Notes under the pieces: generated by a model
The model's input: the letters and a program-made list of their open reading frames with translations, nothing else
Told to the model about the DNA's origin: nothing
The model's database searches: none
DNA from: a virus
Reading direction: 5' to 3' (one strand)
DNA length: 64,000 nt
IMG/VR virus record: IMGVR_UViG_3300031237_000002
Location: 1,423-65,422 of that record
Position numbers and translations under genes: made by a program
In this document: piece after piece, positions 1 through 8,752 of the stretch
Position numbering within the stretch: position 1 is the stretch's first letter
Layout: the number at the start of each line of letters is the position of its first letter

Positions 1-3000
1 TGGCACTCATATTAAAGTAGGAATAGAACATGGTGAAGACGCGTTTAAATGAGCTGCCTGTTTCGAATCGCGATACGTCTTCCGCATGGAAAGTACCTTG
101 TGTTTGCCGTACAGCCGCATCCGCCTCGCGTACGGCAGACTTTTCATCTGCCCCGTTTTGGGTTGCCTGTTCATACGCGCCACCCCAAGTAACCATATCG
201 ACCACATTCTGCATGCCGGTCTGCATGAAATACCCATGCTCGGTTGCGAAGTCCTTAGCCTTTTTATATTTGCTTGGGTTAAGCGTGATATTGTCGATGC
301 TCTGCCGAATCTCCATCAACTGAGAAGACAACCGGTTGCGCATAAACATGGACGATTCGTTTACATGGCTGGTGTACTGTCTTGGGCTACTGGTGTAGCG
401 CCATAAGGCACCAGCCAGATAACGTGGTTTAACTTTAATTGCTGACAAGGACAAGCCAGCAATCTGTTGCAGCGCCACTGACACGTTAGCCGCCATCAAT
501 TGGAGCCCGGTATTGGTGCGCACGTTATGGAAGAACGAATCAAGCATACGCATGCGCGGGCCTGACGGTTGTTCCACCAGTTGCAGGGCTGCCCGTTGCA
601 GCCAAGGCATCAGCATCACAGTGCCGACTTCGGAATCCAGCATGGCCAGCGTGCTACGGAAATCCTTGTTGATCGCCACGCGGCCAATGTCTTTTACCAC
701 TGGTTCCAAATGCGTGAATCGAAGTACCTTCTCGATGTGGCTAGGGATCAGGCCCAGTTCCAGAGACAGGGGTTTAGCGTAGGCTTCCGTACGCTGCTTG
801 GTGAAGCCACGGCCTGTCGTTGGGAACATAAAGCTGGATGGCCGACCTTCTACCGTTTCTTTCTCGGCGCGAATGTTCGCGTCCTCGACAATGAACGGGT
901 CTACCAGCGCCGGGAAGTAGCCACCAGCAAACGTGCCGAATGGTGTATTGATTGGCTGCGCCGTCACTTCATTAAAAAAGAACCCGTACATTGCTTTATG
1001 GGATTTCTGTGCGCCCGGTTTTAATTCGTCTAGCAGATCCCAAACCTTCTGCACGAATTCATAATCAGCTTTGTTAAGCATGCCTTGGCTGTGCATGCGT
1101 TCGATAAATTTATCCCAACGTCTGGTGTCCAGTTCACCTTCGCTGTTGAAGGCGCCCCATTCACGGCCACGCAAAAGCTTCTGCAAATTGGATTGGTTGC
1201 CAGTGTGCAGCAGCGCGCCGATCAGTTCGGTTTTATTGGCGAACTCGTAGCCAATTTCTGGTGCGTCAATCTTGCCGACTTTAAAAGTTTCCTTCGGCAC
1301 TGACTTGGCAATCTCTTCGTATTTGCGCAGGATAAGGCGCCGGTCGTCACGATAGCGGTCTGCCGCTTCGCTGACTGGCTGCCAGATATAGCGACGGAAT
1401 ACACCTTTAGGATCGCCGCTGTCCATGGCATCAGCCCACGATTCTACGCGGCGCAACTGAGCCAGCCCGCCAAGGAACCCCATTTTGGTTTTGTCCCAAT
1501 TGGAAATGGCTTTGGTGTAACCAGCTTTCTTGGTGCCGGGTTTCACCAGAGACATGATAACGCTGGACAGCTCGCCAACCACGGTGTCGCGGTCCAGTTT
1601 CTCGCCGTCAATCTCTACCTGCCGCGTGCGCCGGGCCATCGTCCACAGGCCGTCTATCGCGTCATTGACCATCGAGAAGTCAGCCACAGTCAGATCTGCA
1701 ACAGGACGGCCATCGCTCGATGCCAGTTCCACCAGCTCTGACAGATCCGCGTAGGTTTGTGGATCGTACATGGACATGGCTTTCATGTAGCTCGCCGCAG
1801 TAGCTGCCGCAGCACCAATGCCATGAACGGCTGCTACAGAGCGAGCCGCGTTGACCATGTTCATATCGTAATTTTTAGCCAGCTTATCGTCAGACTTGGA
1901 CAGACGTTTTGTCCAGACCTTGATAGCTTTATCAGAGAATGCTTTTTGCGCCGACGCCTCTTTAAACAAAAAGATGTTGAGCATTTGTTTCTGCTTGGCA
2001 TCAAACGCTTTATCCAGATTACGCCCGGTTCCCATACGGAACTCATGACCAAGCAAATGATCTTGTGCCTCTTGTGAAGCGCGCAGCGCGGCTTCCTCAT
2101 ACAACCGTGGGTTAAGCTCGCCAAGTCTCTGCCGGGAAATAATCTGCTGCGCGATATCCTTAAGCACGGCCTTGTGTGTCAGCTCGCGTTTTGCACCCAT
2201 GCGTTTAAGAATGCGCAGTTCCATATTGAACACGTCGATCTGTTGCGTGTTCTGAATCTCCATCGCTACTTCCTGCTCTGTCGTACCCTCAACAATAATG
2301 CCGCCATGCTTCTCGCGAATGCGCCGGTTTACTTCTTCGTTGATGGTGTCATTCAACCGTGGCAGACCGATCAACTGGCGCACCAGTGATTCACCAGAGT
2401 CAAAGCCGAACAGCTCGGCCACTACGTCGGGATGCAGGCCGTTCTCTTTATAGCGGAAAGGCAGATCGCTCAACGTAACACCAAGGTCTAGGAGCGCTTG
2501 TTTGTCGAGCTTAGTCGATGATAAACCTTCGATTTCAGTACCATCGGGAAGCTTACCAGTATAAAGCCAGTAAGCAACACGGTTGATAGGAACTGCCAGA
2601 ACTTCCGCACGCACCACCGGCGCCAAGGCTTTCTTTTCATCCCGCCATGCTTGTGTTTTTTCACGGCGCAACTCCTTCATGATCTTGGCGCGGAAATTAT
2701 CTTCTGCGATTAATTTGGCTTCCTCATTTAAATTATTGTACGCGGCGTATTCTTCGCCGGTCATCATGGTTTCGTCCATCAACTTAACGTCGTAACCATT
2801 GCGCTGATGCGCCTGTTTAATCGCTTCGTCAGTAGCAATCAAGCGGTCCATCACTTCCCTTACTTCTGGTGTCAGGGTTACATCCAACATAACCATGCTT
2901 TTATAAATACGGCTCAACCAGTTTTTCAACTGATGAAAGACAACGCGCAGTTGGAACGAAGGCGCTTTGCCTTCCATCAAATAAGCTTCGAATCCACGCG

Positions 3001-6000
3001 CAAACGTTTCGTGTGACTCTGTAGAAATTTTATCATCCGTTGCACCAGTCCATTCCTTGATGGAAGCCCAGTCAGATTTTAATTGCTCTGGTGCATCAGG
3101 CCGTAAAGCGTCTGATCTTAATTCTTCCAGCCAGATGTGCGCACTTTCGTGGGCGAACGTACTGGCATCAGCATTTTTAAGCAACGCGATCAGGTTCTTG
3201 ATTGGTACGCTGGCACCACGTTCGCCTTGGAACAGCACGCCCTGCCCGGCATCGACTTTGGTTGGCAGCCGGATTTCCTCACTGGCTGCCAGATCCCACA
3301 CGGCTTTTTCACCCAGCATTTCGCCCTGAGCAATCGCCACATCGCGTGGCAGCACGTTGGTGATGTCGATGTAGCCTTTGCCTGATTCGCTGTCTACCCA
3401 CACCCCCAGCGCCGCGTTGGGATCTGCTTGAAAGATGTCCCGGTTGCGCCGCATGAATGTTTCCAACTCGCGTGACGTCGGCGCGCCTTCGGTCACGACA
3501 CCGCGTTGTGGGTAACCTGCCACGGCCACGCCTTCGGTTCCAGCCAGATTACCGCGTACCGGGTGTATGGTCCCACCGAACACACCGAACGCCTCTTGGC
3601 TGGCTTCACCAGCCGCCACAGCGGCGATGGACGATCCGCGTTCCTCTGGTGTGGCTGGCGGCAGATTGATTTCGCCGCCTTCCAGATCCAGTGCTGGCCG
3701 GTCAGGCGTAGGGATAGCCGGTTCAGCCAGTGATTGATTGTGCACTTCCATTTGCTGTGCCACTTCTGGTGGCAAGTCGCGCTGAATGGTCAACGGCTGT
3801 TCGTTATACAGTACCAGTGGATCGACACCCAGCCGTTCTGCCCGGCTGCGCAGGCGCTCACGCCAGAGCGTGGCATCGCGAACAGCTTCCTGTTCGCTGG
3901 TGCCGATCTGGCGCAGCTTGGTATAGATGTCTTGGTATACAGTAGCCAAGGGGGCTTCCTCGGCTACCTTGGCTGCCATCTCTTTTTCCAACCCAGCCAA
4001 TATAACTGGCTCTGAATCTGCTACTTGAGCGGCTTCGGTTGGTGTCATTTCCCCCGGATTCAACCGGATGTGCGGAACAAGCTTTTCGTGGAATGGCGTT
4101 CCCGCCAGCTTCTCCGCATATGTTTCAAGAGGGACGACCAGATCGCCGCCCGTAGTTTGCGCTTCCTGATATTGATTGAGATTGCCAAATACTTCTTGCG
4201 CTGCATTAGGTGCACCATCTTGAAATAAAGCATTCCAGCTTTCTATTGGAATAAAGACATCCTTTACAATCTGGTTATTGTCTTTTAGATGTTTCACATA
4301 ATCACCAAAAGCCGCTGGTGAATTCTTGAACGTGCTAGAGCTATTAGCCAAGTCTCCCAAGCTGTGCATAAACTCTTCGTTTTGAGCCGCCTTTTCCATG
4401 TCGGCATAAAGCTCAATTACCCGTGGTCCTGACGCCAGCGCGCCTAATACCACCGTGCCTTTAAAGGCAGCGGTGGATTCAGCAACAATGTCTTTCGCAT
4501 CCTGCCCGCTGACACCAGCGCCCATATCACCCGTGGCCGCTTCCCTGCCAACGATGGTGATAAACTTTTGCATGCCTTCGGTGAATGTTTCAGTACCGAC
4601 AGCCGCCGCGTACTTTTTACCGAAGTCTTTCATGGCAGCCATAACCGTTGGCTTAACCAGAATTTGTTTCAGTTCATCAGTGGTGAATTTACCGATTACT
4701 TTATCAATGCCGGGGATGGCTTTGATAGACGTCCTTAACGACGCGAACTCAAGCACTGAGTTAGGCACGGCCACCAGAAGTGAAGCGTATCGCGCAACAA
4801 CAGGGTCAATACTATTTCCGTCAACATCTTTAGCATCCTCAAGATCACCGAAGGCTTCACCCACACTTTGTTTATAAATTTGCTCGATGTAGGAAGCGTG
4901 GAACCCGGCTTTGAAACCACCTACTGCACCAGCCGCTGCGCCGCCCGGTACGGTAGCAAATGCGCCGGGGCCACCCAACAGGCCAGCCGTGGCGCCAATC
5001 GCCGCGCCAGCCGGTACGCCAAACTTGAGTGCCGTTTCACCAGCCTCAAGGGTCATTGGAACATTCATGCCAACGATATTCGCCGCTGATTTAAACCAGC
5101 TCGGTGCGCCTTCGTCGAACTGCTGCGCCTTCTCCGCTAATTTTTTCTTAAGGTCGGCGCGCTCTATTTGTTCTTGCGGTGTGATGTCGCCTGTTACGGC
5201 TTTATAACCAAGGCCCATTAATCTTTCTTGCTCGCCGCCTTCACCGAACCCGTGGGGAATAGCTTGCAGCGTAGCCCACGACTGTTCCAGAGCCGATAAA
5301 TTCTCATAATCGCCCTGAGCCAAAGAAGCACGAGTAGGATTTTTAGACAACCATTCAGCAAGTAAAGGAGACTGTCTGCGAAACGATTCTGGGTCGAAGT
5401 CTTCCTGTTTAGCCTTCTCTTCGATTTCATCTAAGTTGCGCTCAATCAAACCGGTAGGCAGCCCTGTGCGCAACTGCATATTGTAAATACGCGAAGCTTG
5501 GTCTATAGGCTTTGGGTCCAAGACAGATGCACGCAACACATCGTCTTCATGGTTGTCTGGAAATAAAGCCCCGGCTGCTCTACGCGCTCCTTGCACGCCG
5601 GGGAACAAGCCTTCTGCTTCCGTAACTGGTTGTTGATCCTGATTATCAAAAGCTTGGCTACTGGACAGCACACGCTGTGTGTACTGCTCCATAACCTGAG
5701 ACAGATAGTTGCGGGTTTCTTCTGGCATGGCGCTAATACTGCCGCGCTCTTTCAGCCTGCCCGGACCACCGTTGTACGCGGCAATCGCCATTTCTGGATC
5801 ACCGCCAAACTGTTTCATTAAATTAGTCAGGTAACGCTTGGCACCAGCCCGCGCTTCTGGTTCATTGAATGGATCTTTTACACCGTACTCTGCCGCCGTA
5901 TCATCCATAAACTGATACGGACCTTTAGCGCCTTTAGGGCTTACGGCCATATTGTTTCCGCGTGACTCAACATGCTTAACTGAGTCCAGCAGGATTTCCA

Positions 6001-6013
6001 TGTCAAGACTCAT
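1..6013 (-). CDS. Large internal virion/ejection protein with N-terminal lytic transglycosylase, copy A (3' end runs off the window)
   Basis: ATG at 6013 overlaps the TGA of the upstream gene. Collinear with the complete 2191-aa ORF at 54701-61276. Missing from the ORF track only because its stop lies outside the window. Confidence 0.85.
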   Translation of the reverse strand, partial: MSLDMEILLDSVKHVESRGNNMAVSPKGAKGPYQFMDDTAAEYGVKDPFNEPEARAGAKRYLTNLMKQFGGDPEMAIAAYNGGPGRLKERGSISAMPEETRNYLSQVMEQYTQRVLSSSQAFDNQDQQPVTEAEGLFPGVQGARRAAGALFPDNHEDDVLRASVLDPKPIDQASRIYNMQLRTGLPTGLIERNLDEIEEKAKQEDFDPESFRRQSPLLAEWLSKNPTRASLAQGDYENLSALEQSWATLQAIPHGFGEGGEQERLMGLGYKAVTGDITPQEQIERADLKKKLAEKAQQFDEGAPSWFKSAANIVGMNVPMTLEAGETALKFGVPAGAAIGATAGLLGGPGAFATVPGGAAAGAVGGFKAGFHASYIEQIYKQSVGEAFGDLEDAKDVDGNSIDPVVARYASLLVAVPNSVLEFASLRTSIKAIPGIDKVIGKFTTDELKQILVKPTVMAAMKDFGKKYAAAVGTETFTEGMQKFITIVGREAATGDMGAGVSGQDAKDIVAESTAAFKGTVVLGALASGPRVIELYADMEKAAQNEEFMHSLGDLANSSSTFKNSPAAFGDYVKHLKDNNQIVKDVFIPIESWNALFQDGAPNAAQEVFGNLNQYQEAQTTGGDLVVPLETYAEKLAGTPFHEKLVPHIRLNPGEMTPTEAAQVADSEPVILAGLEKEMAAKVAEEAPLATVYQDIYTKLRQIGTSEQEAVRDATLWRERLRSRAERLGVDPLVLYNEQPLTIQRDLPPEVAQQMEVHNQSLAEPAIPTPDRPALDLEGGEINLPPATPEERGSSIAAVAAGEASQEAFGVFGGTIHPVRGNLAGTEGVAVAGYPQRGVVTEGAPTSRELETFMRRNRDIFQADPNAALGVWVDSESGKGYIDITNVLPRDVAIAQGEMLGEKAVWDLAASEEIRLPTKVDAGQGVLFQGERGASVPIKNLIALLKNADASTFAHESAHIWLEELRSDALRPDAPEQLKSDWASIKEWTGATDDKISTESHETFARGFEAYLMEGKAPSFQLRVVFHQLKNWLSRIYKSMVMLDVTLTPEVREVMDRLIATDEAIKQAHQRNGYDVKLMDETMMTGEEYAAYNNLNEEAKLIAEDNFRAKIMKELRREKTQAWRDEKKALAPVVRAEVLAVPINRVAYWLYTGKLPDGTEIEGLSSTKLDKQALLDLGVTLSDLPFRYKENGLHPDVVAELFGFDSGESLVRQLIGLPRLNDTINEEVNRRIREKHGGIIVEGTTEQEVAMEIQNTQQIDVFNMELRILKRMGAKRELTHKAVLKDIAQQIISRQRLGELNPRLYEEAALRASQEAQDHLLGHEFRMGTGRNLDKAFDAKQKQMLNIFLFKEASAQKAFSDKAIKVWTKRLSKSDDKLAKNYDMNMVNAARSVAAVHGIGAAAATAASYMKAMSMYDPQTYADLSELVELASSDGRPVADLTVADFSMVNDAIDGLWTMARRTRQVEIDGEKLDRDTVVGELSSVIMSLVKPGTKKAGYTKAISNWDKTKMGFLGGLAQLRRVESWADAMDSGDPKGVFRRYIWQPVSEAADRYRDDRRLILRKYEEIAKSVPKETFKVGKIDAPEIGYEFANKTELIGALLHTGNQSNLQKLLRGREWGAFNSEGELDTRRWDKFIERMHSQGMLNKADYEFVQKVWDLLDELKPGAQKSHKAMYGFFFNEVTAQPINTPFGTFAGGYFPALVDPFIVEDANIRAEKETVEGRPSSFMFPTTGRGFTKQRTEAYAKPLSLELGLIPSHIEKVLRFTHLEPVVKDIGRVAINKDFRSTLAMLDSEVGTVMLMPWLQRAALQLVEQPSGPRMRMLDSFFHNVRTNTGLQLMAANVSVALQQIAGLSLSAIKVKPRYLAGALWRYTSSPRQYTSHVNESSMFMRNRLSSQLMEIRQSIDNITLNPSKYKKAKDFATEHGYFMQTGMQNVVDMVTWGGAYEQATQNGADEKSAVREADAAVRQTQGTFHAEDVSRFETGSSFKRVFTMFYSYFNMSA

Positions 6014-7848
6014 TGTTCTTTCTCCAAGGCTTTTTTGCCTTCTTCGGCAGAACCACCAGTAATGCTGATCGCGTACGCACGTTCAAGCCGCCCTTTCATG
6101 CCCTGCTTAATTTGCTGATCACTCCAATCCAGTGGTGCCAATCCTTGGGAGCGCATGTAATTCATGGCGCCTTTCAACCAAGTGCTGTCGATGGTTTCAA
6201 TTGGCACGTAAATATTTTTACGTTGCTCTGGTTTAATGACTGGCGCAGGCAACGACGTGTCGCCACTCCAATGATCTACCATCACTTTTTTATCAACCAT
6301 TTTTTGCATGAGCGTTTCTTTTTCTTCCCGGTTTAAAGTTTTACCAGTGCGGCGTTGCTCCATGTCAATAGCGCCTTCTACTTCATTGCGCATACGGCCA
6401 AGGTATTCTTTCTGCTCAGGACTAAGATTTTTTTCGTAAGGCTTCATGCCAGCGTTAGCCGCGATCACATTAAAAGACTCCGCGTCCATGGTGGCTGCTT
6501 TAACTGCCTCTGGTGAATTAAGCTTGCGCTTGGCTTGCATCAATTCCTGAGTAAGCGTCTGGCCGATAGATGGTTCCAGTTTAAGAATCTGCGCCTCTGA
6601 CAAAGTGTTCAACACTTGTGGGTTGGACAGCTCCCAATAAGTACTAAACCCAGCAGTGGCTTTTGCGCCTTCACGGAACGAAGCTTCTGACCGGGCATGT
6701 TGTTGCTCTGTCCAGCCACGGTTCACTATGTAATCGCGCAATTTAATTTTGGCTTCACCATCCAATGCCTGATATGAAGGCAGTGTTTGTAGTGTCGCCA
6801 AATCTGCACCGTCATGGTATTGCTGCAATACATCAGCTTCGTTCGATGCCTTCATTTCCGTTACACCATCCTTGTGGGCCACGGCACGGGAACGCACGTC
6901 AGCAATAGCGGCTTTCATTTCTGCCGGGTTATTTTTGTACCGGTCACGCAGCCACGTTTCCATAAGATCGAGGCGTACAGGATCATCAGGGCCTTTAGGC
7001 CCAAGGTAACCCCAAGCGGTGTCAGCACCACGGATGGACTCGCCATCGACAGTGGCCGATTTAACCTTGTTACCAAGGAGGACAATTGCCTCTGGTGTCA
7101 GCTCGCTTTTAAACTGGTTATAGTAAGCAGCCGCCGCAGAGTCTTTACCCTGAGATAACATCTGGCCGATAACGTCAGCGTGGATAAGCGTACCGGCAAT
7201 GCGTTTCTGCTGGTTGATTACATCCACGTCATCCATGCCTTTCAGCCGCGCTTGCCGTTCAATCTCCATATCGGTGCGCAGCAAGGACATCTGGATCTGG
7301 CCCGGTTGGTCCCAATTCAATGCAGCCGATGCGCGCTCGGTGGCCATCAATCCTTCTGACACTGAGTCTTGATAAGCGCGGGATTGGTCAGCGACATGAC
7401 GGTACAGGCGCGCATCAAACTGGCGATCCGCGATGCGTGCGCGTTTATCGAAAGCAACCCTTTGTGTATCACTGCCCAAGCCGTCGCGAATCTGTTTAGC
7501 AATGCCTTCGCGTTTTGCCCGGTAGTCTTCCGACAGCGGCTGTTTAACAGCGTTGCCGCCGACGACATTAACAAAACCATTTTCCTTGCCGTATTCCAGT
7601 TCCAGCAAACCTTTCTGGTAATTCGAAAAACCTTCCTCGGTTTGCGCTTCGTCAATACGCGCTTTCTCTTTTAAAGCCAAAGCTGTGACGGTATCACCCA
7701 ACCCGGTAATAACTTGGCCGAACTGGATTTCTGCTTGCGCTTCTGCGCCACGGCGTGGCGTGCTTAATTGCAGACGCGAGACGCCACCACGCCCCGATGG
7801 TGCGGGGCGTTGGCCTAAGTCTTCTGCTGTCGGTAATCTGGCCATCAC
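6010..7848 (-). CDS. Internal virion/ejection protein (T7 gp15-like position), copy A
   Basis: 612-aa helical ORF in the podovirus ejection-protein gene order; homolog of 61276-63120. Confidence 0.7.
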   Translation of the reverse strand: MMARLPTAEDLGQRPAPSGRGGVSRLQLSTPRRGAEAQAEIQFGQVITGLGDTVTALALKEKARIDEAQTEEGFSNYQKGLLELEYGKENGFVNVVGGNAVKQPLSEDYRAKREGIAKQIRDGLGSDTQRVAFDKRARIADRQFDARLYRHVADQSRAYQDSVSEGLMATERASAALNWDQPGQIQMSLLRTDMEIERQARLKGMDDVDVINQQKRIAGTLIHADVIGQMLSQGKDSAAAAYYNQFKSELTPEAIVLLGNKVKSATVDGESIRGADTAWGYLGPKGPDDPVRLDLMETWLRDRYKNNPAEMKAAIADVRSRAVAHKDGVTEMKASNEADVLQQYHDGADLATLQTLPSYQALDGEAKIKLRDYIVNRGWTEQQHARSEASFREGAKATAGFSTYWELSNPQVLNTLSEAQILKLEPSIGQTLTQELMQAKRKLNSPEAVKAATMDAESFNVIAANAGMKPYEKNLSPEQKEYLGRMRNEVEGAIDMEQRRTGKTLNREEKETLMQKMVDKKVMVDHWSGDTSLPAPVIKPEQRKNIYVPIETIDSTWLKGAMNYMRSQGLAPLDWSDQQIKQGMKGRLERAYAISITGGSAEEGKKALEKEQ

Positions 7849-8405
7849 ACATCACTCCCAAAAAGATCGCCATATTTAGAAGCGAAAGAAGTCGCGCCGC
7901 TAATAAGAGTGGAGGTGTAATTCTTACCGGCTGCTTTAGATGCGGCGTTGCCTTCAAACAGCGCCGCCGACGCTGCGCTCTTGCCACTCAGGCGCCGGGC
8001 TTGTGCGCCAACTTCATAGCTGCGTGCCTGTTCTTCACCTTCGTACAGGGCGAGCTGCGAGCGATAAGCGCCTTCCATGTAGATGTCATTCAGGATGTTG
8101 ACGACGTTCTGGTCAGATGCACCAGCCCCGGACGCCGCCGCCTTAGCCAGTGTCTTGCTGCCCAGCAACCCGGCCATGCGCCGTTCTTCGAAGGCGCTAC
8201 GCTGTGATGCAGCACGAGCCTGACCGGCCAAGTAATCAGCCTGCCGCGCTTCGAACTCGGCCATAATCAGTTCGTTTTTTGACGTCTCTTCGGCCTGCTT
8301 GACAGCAGCCTTACCGGCGTCTTTCTGCCCCTTGGCGCTGGTAATCGTGCCAAGTACAGACAGACCGGCGCCGATGTAGGGCATTGCAACTGCTAAAGCG
8401 CCCAT
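7845..8405 (-). CDS. Internal virion protein (T7 gp14-like position), copy A
   Basis: 186 aa, Ala/Gly-rich, hydrophobic N-terminus; overlaps neighbouring genes. Confidence 0.7.
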   Translation of the reverse strand: MGALAVAMPYIGAGLSVLGTITSAKGQKDAGKAAVKQAEETSKNELIMAEFEARQADYLAGQARAASQRSAFEERRMAGLLGSKTLAKAAASGAGASDQNVVNILNDIYMEGAYRSQLALYEGEEQARSYEVGAQARRLSGKSAASAALFEGNAASKAAGKNYTSTLISGATSFASKYGDLFGSDV

Positions 8406-8752
8406 CTGACGTACTCCCCAAATTCACATGGTTCGAAACCAAGGTAAGCCAAAAAGATACCGGACGTTGGAATGTCTTCGTCACGGTTGGCTATCAGGGT
8501 CCATTTATTTTCGTCGGCTATCTTAAGCATGGCTTTAGCGAACTTCATGACCGACAGTTTATTTTTAACCAATACGTCTTCCTTGCCTTCGGTGAAAACT
8601 ACCATCTGATCGCGGGTCATACGAATAAACCCGCAAATGCCTACCAGCTTATCGTCAATCTCCAGAAAATAAGCACGCATGGTGGGAACCTGAAACGGCA
8701 GTTCCCCGTAAAATTCCCCGAACAACTCGGCGGTAGCTGGAATAATTTTCAT
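8393..8752 (-). CDS. Small virion-morphogenesis protein (T7 gp13-like position, possible GNAT-like fold)
   Basis: 119 aa between tail tube B and the ejection proteins; ends in AYLGFEP motif. Confidence 0.55.
   Translation of the reverse strand: MKIIPATAELFGEFYGELPFQVPTMRAYFLEIDDKLVGICGFIRMTRDQMVVFTEGKEDVLVKNKLSVMKFAKAMLKIADENKWTLIANRDEDIPTSGIFLAYLGFEPCEFGEYVRWAL

Larger units (their letters stand above)
1..8728. repeat. Diverged direct repeat, copy A (partner 55264-64000)
   Basis: Base-by-base collinearity at offsets of 55260-55272. Lines 4141-4200 and 59401-59460 are identical, while 1-60 vs 55264-55323 match at 43/60. Confidence 0.97.
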
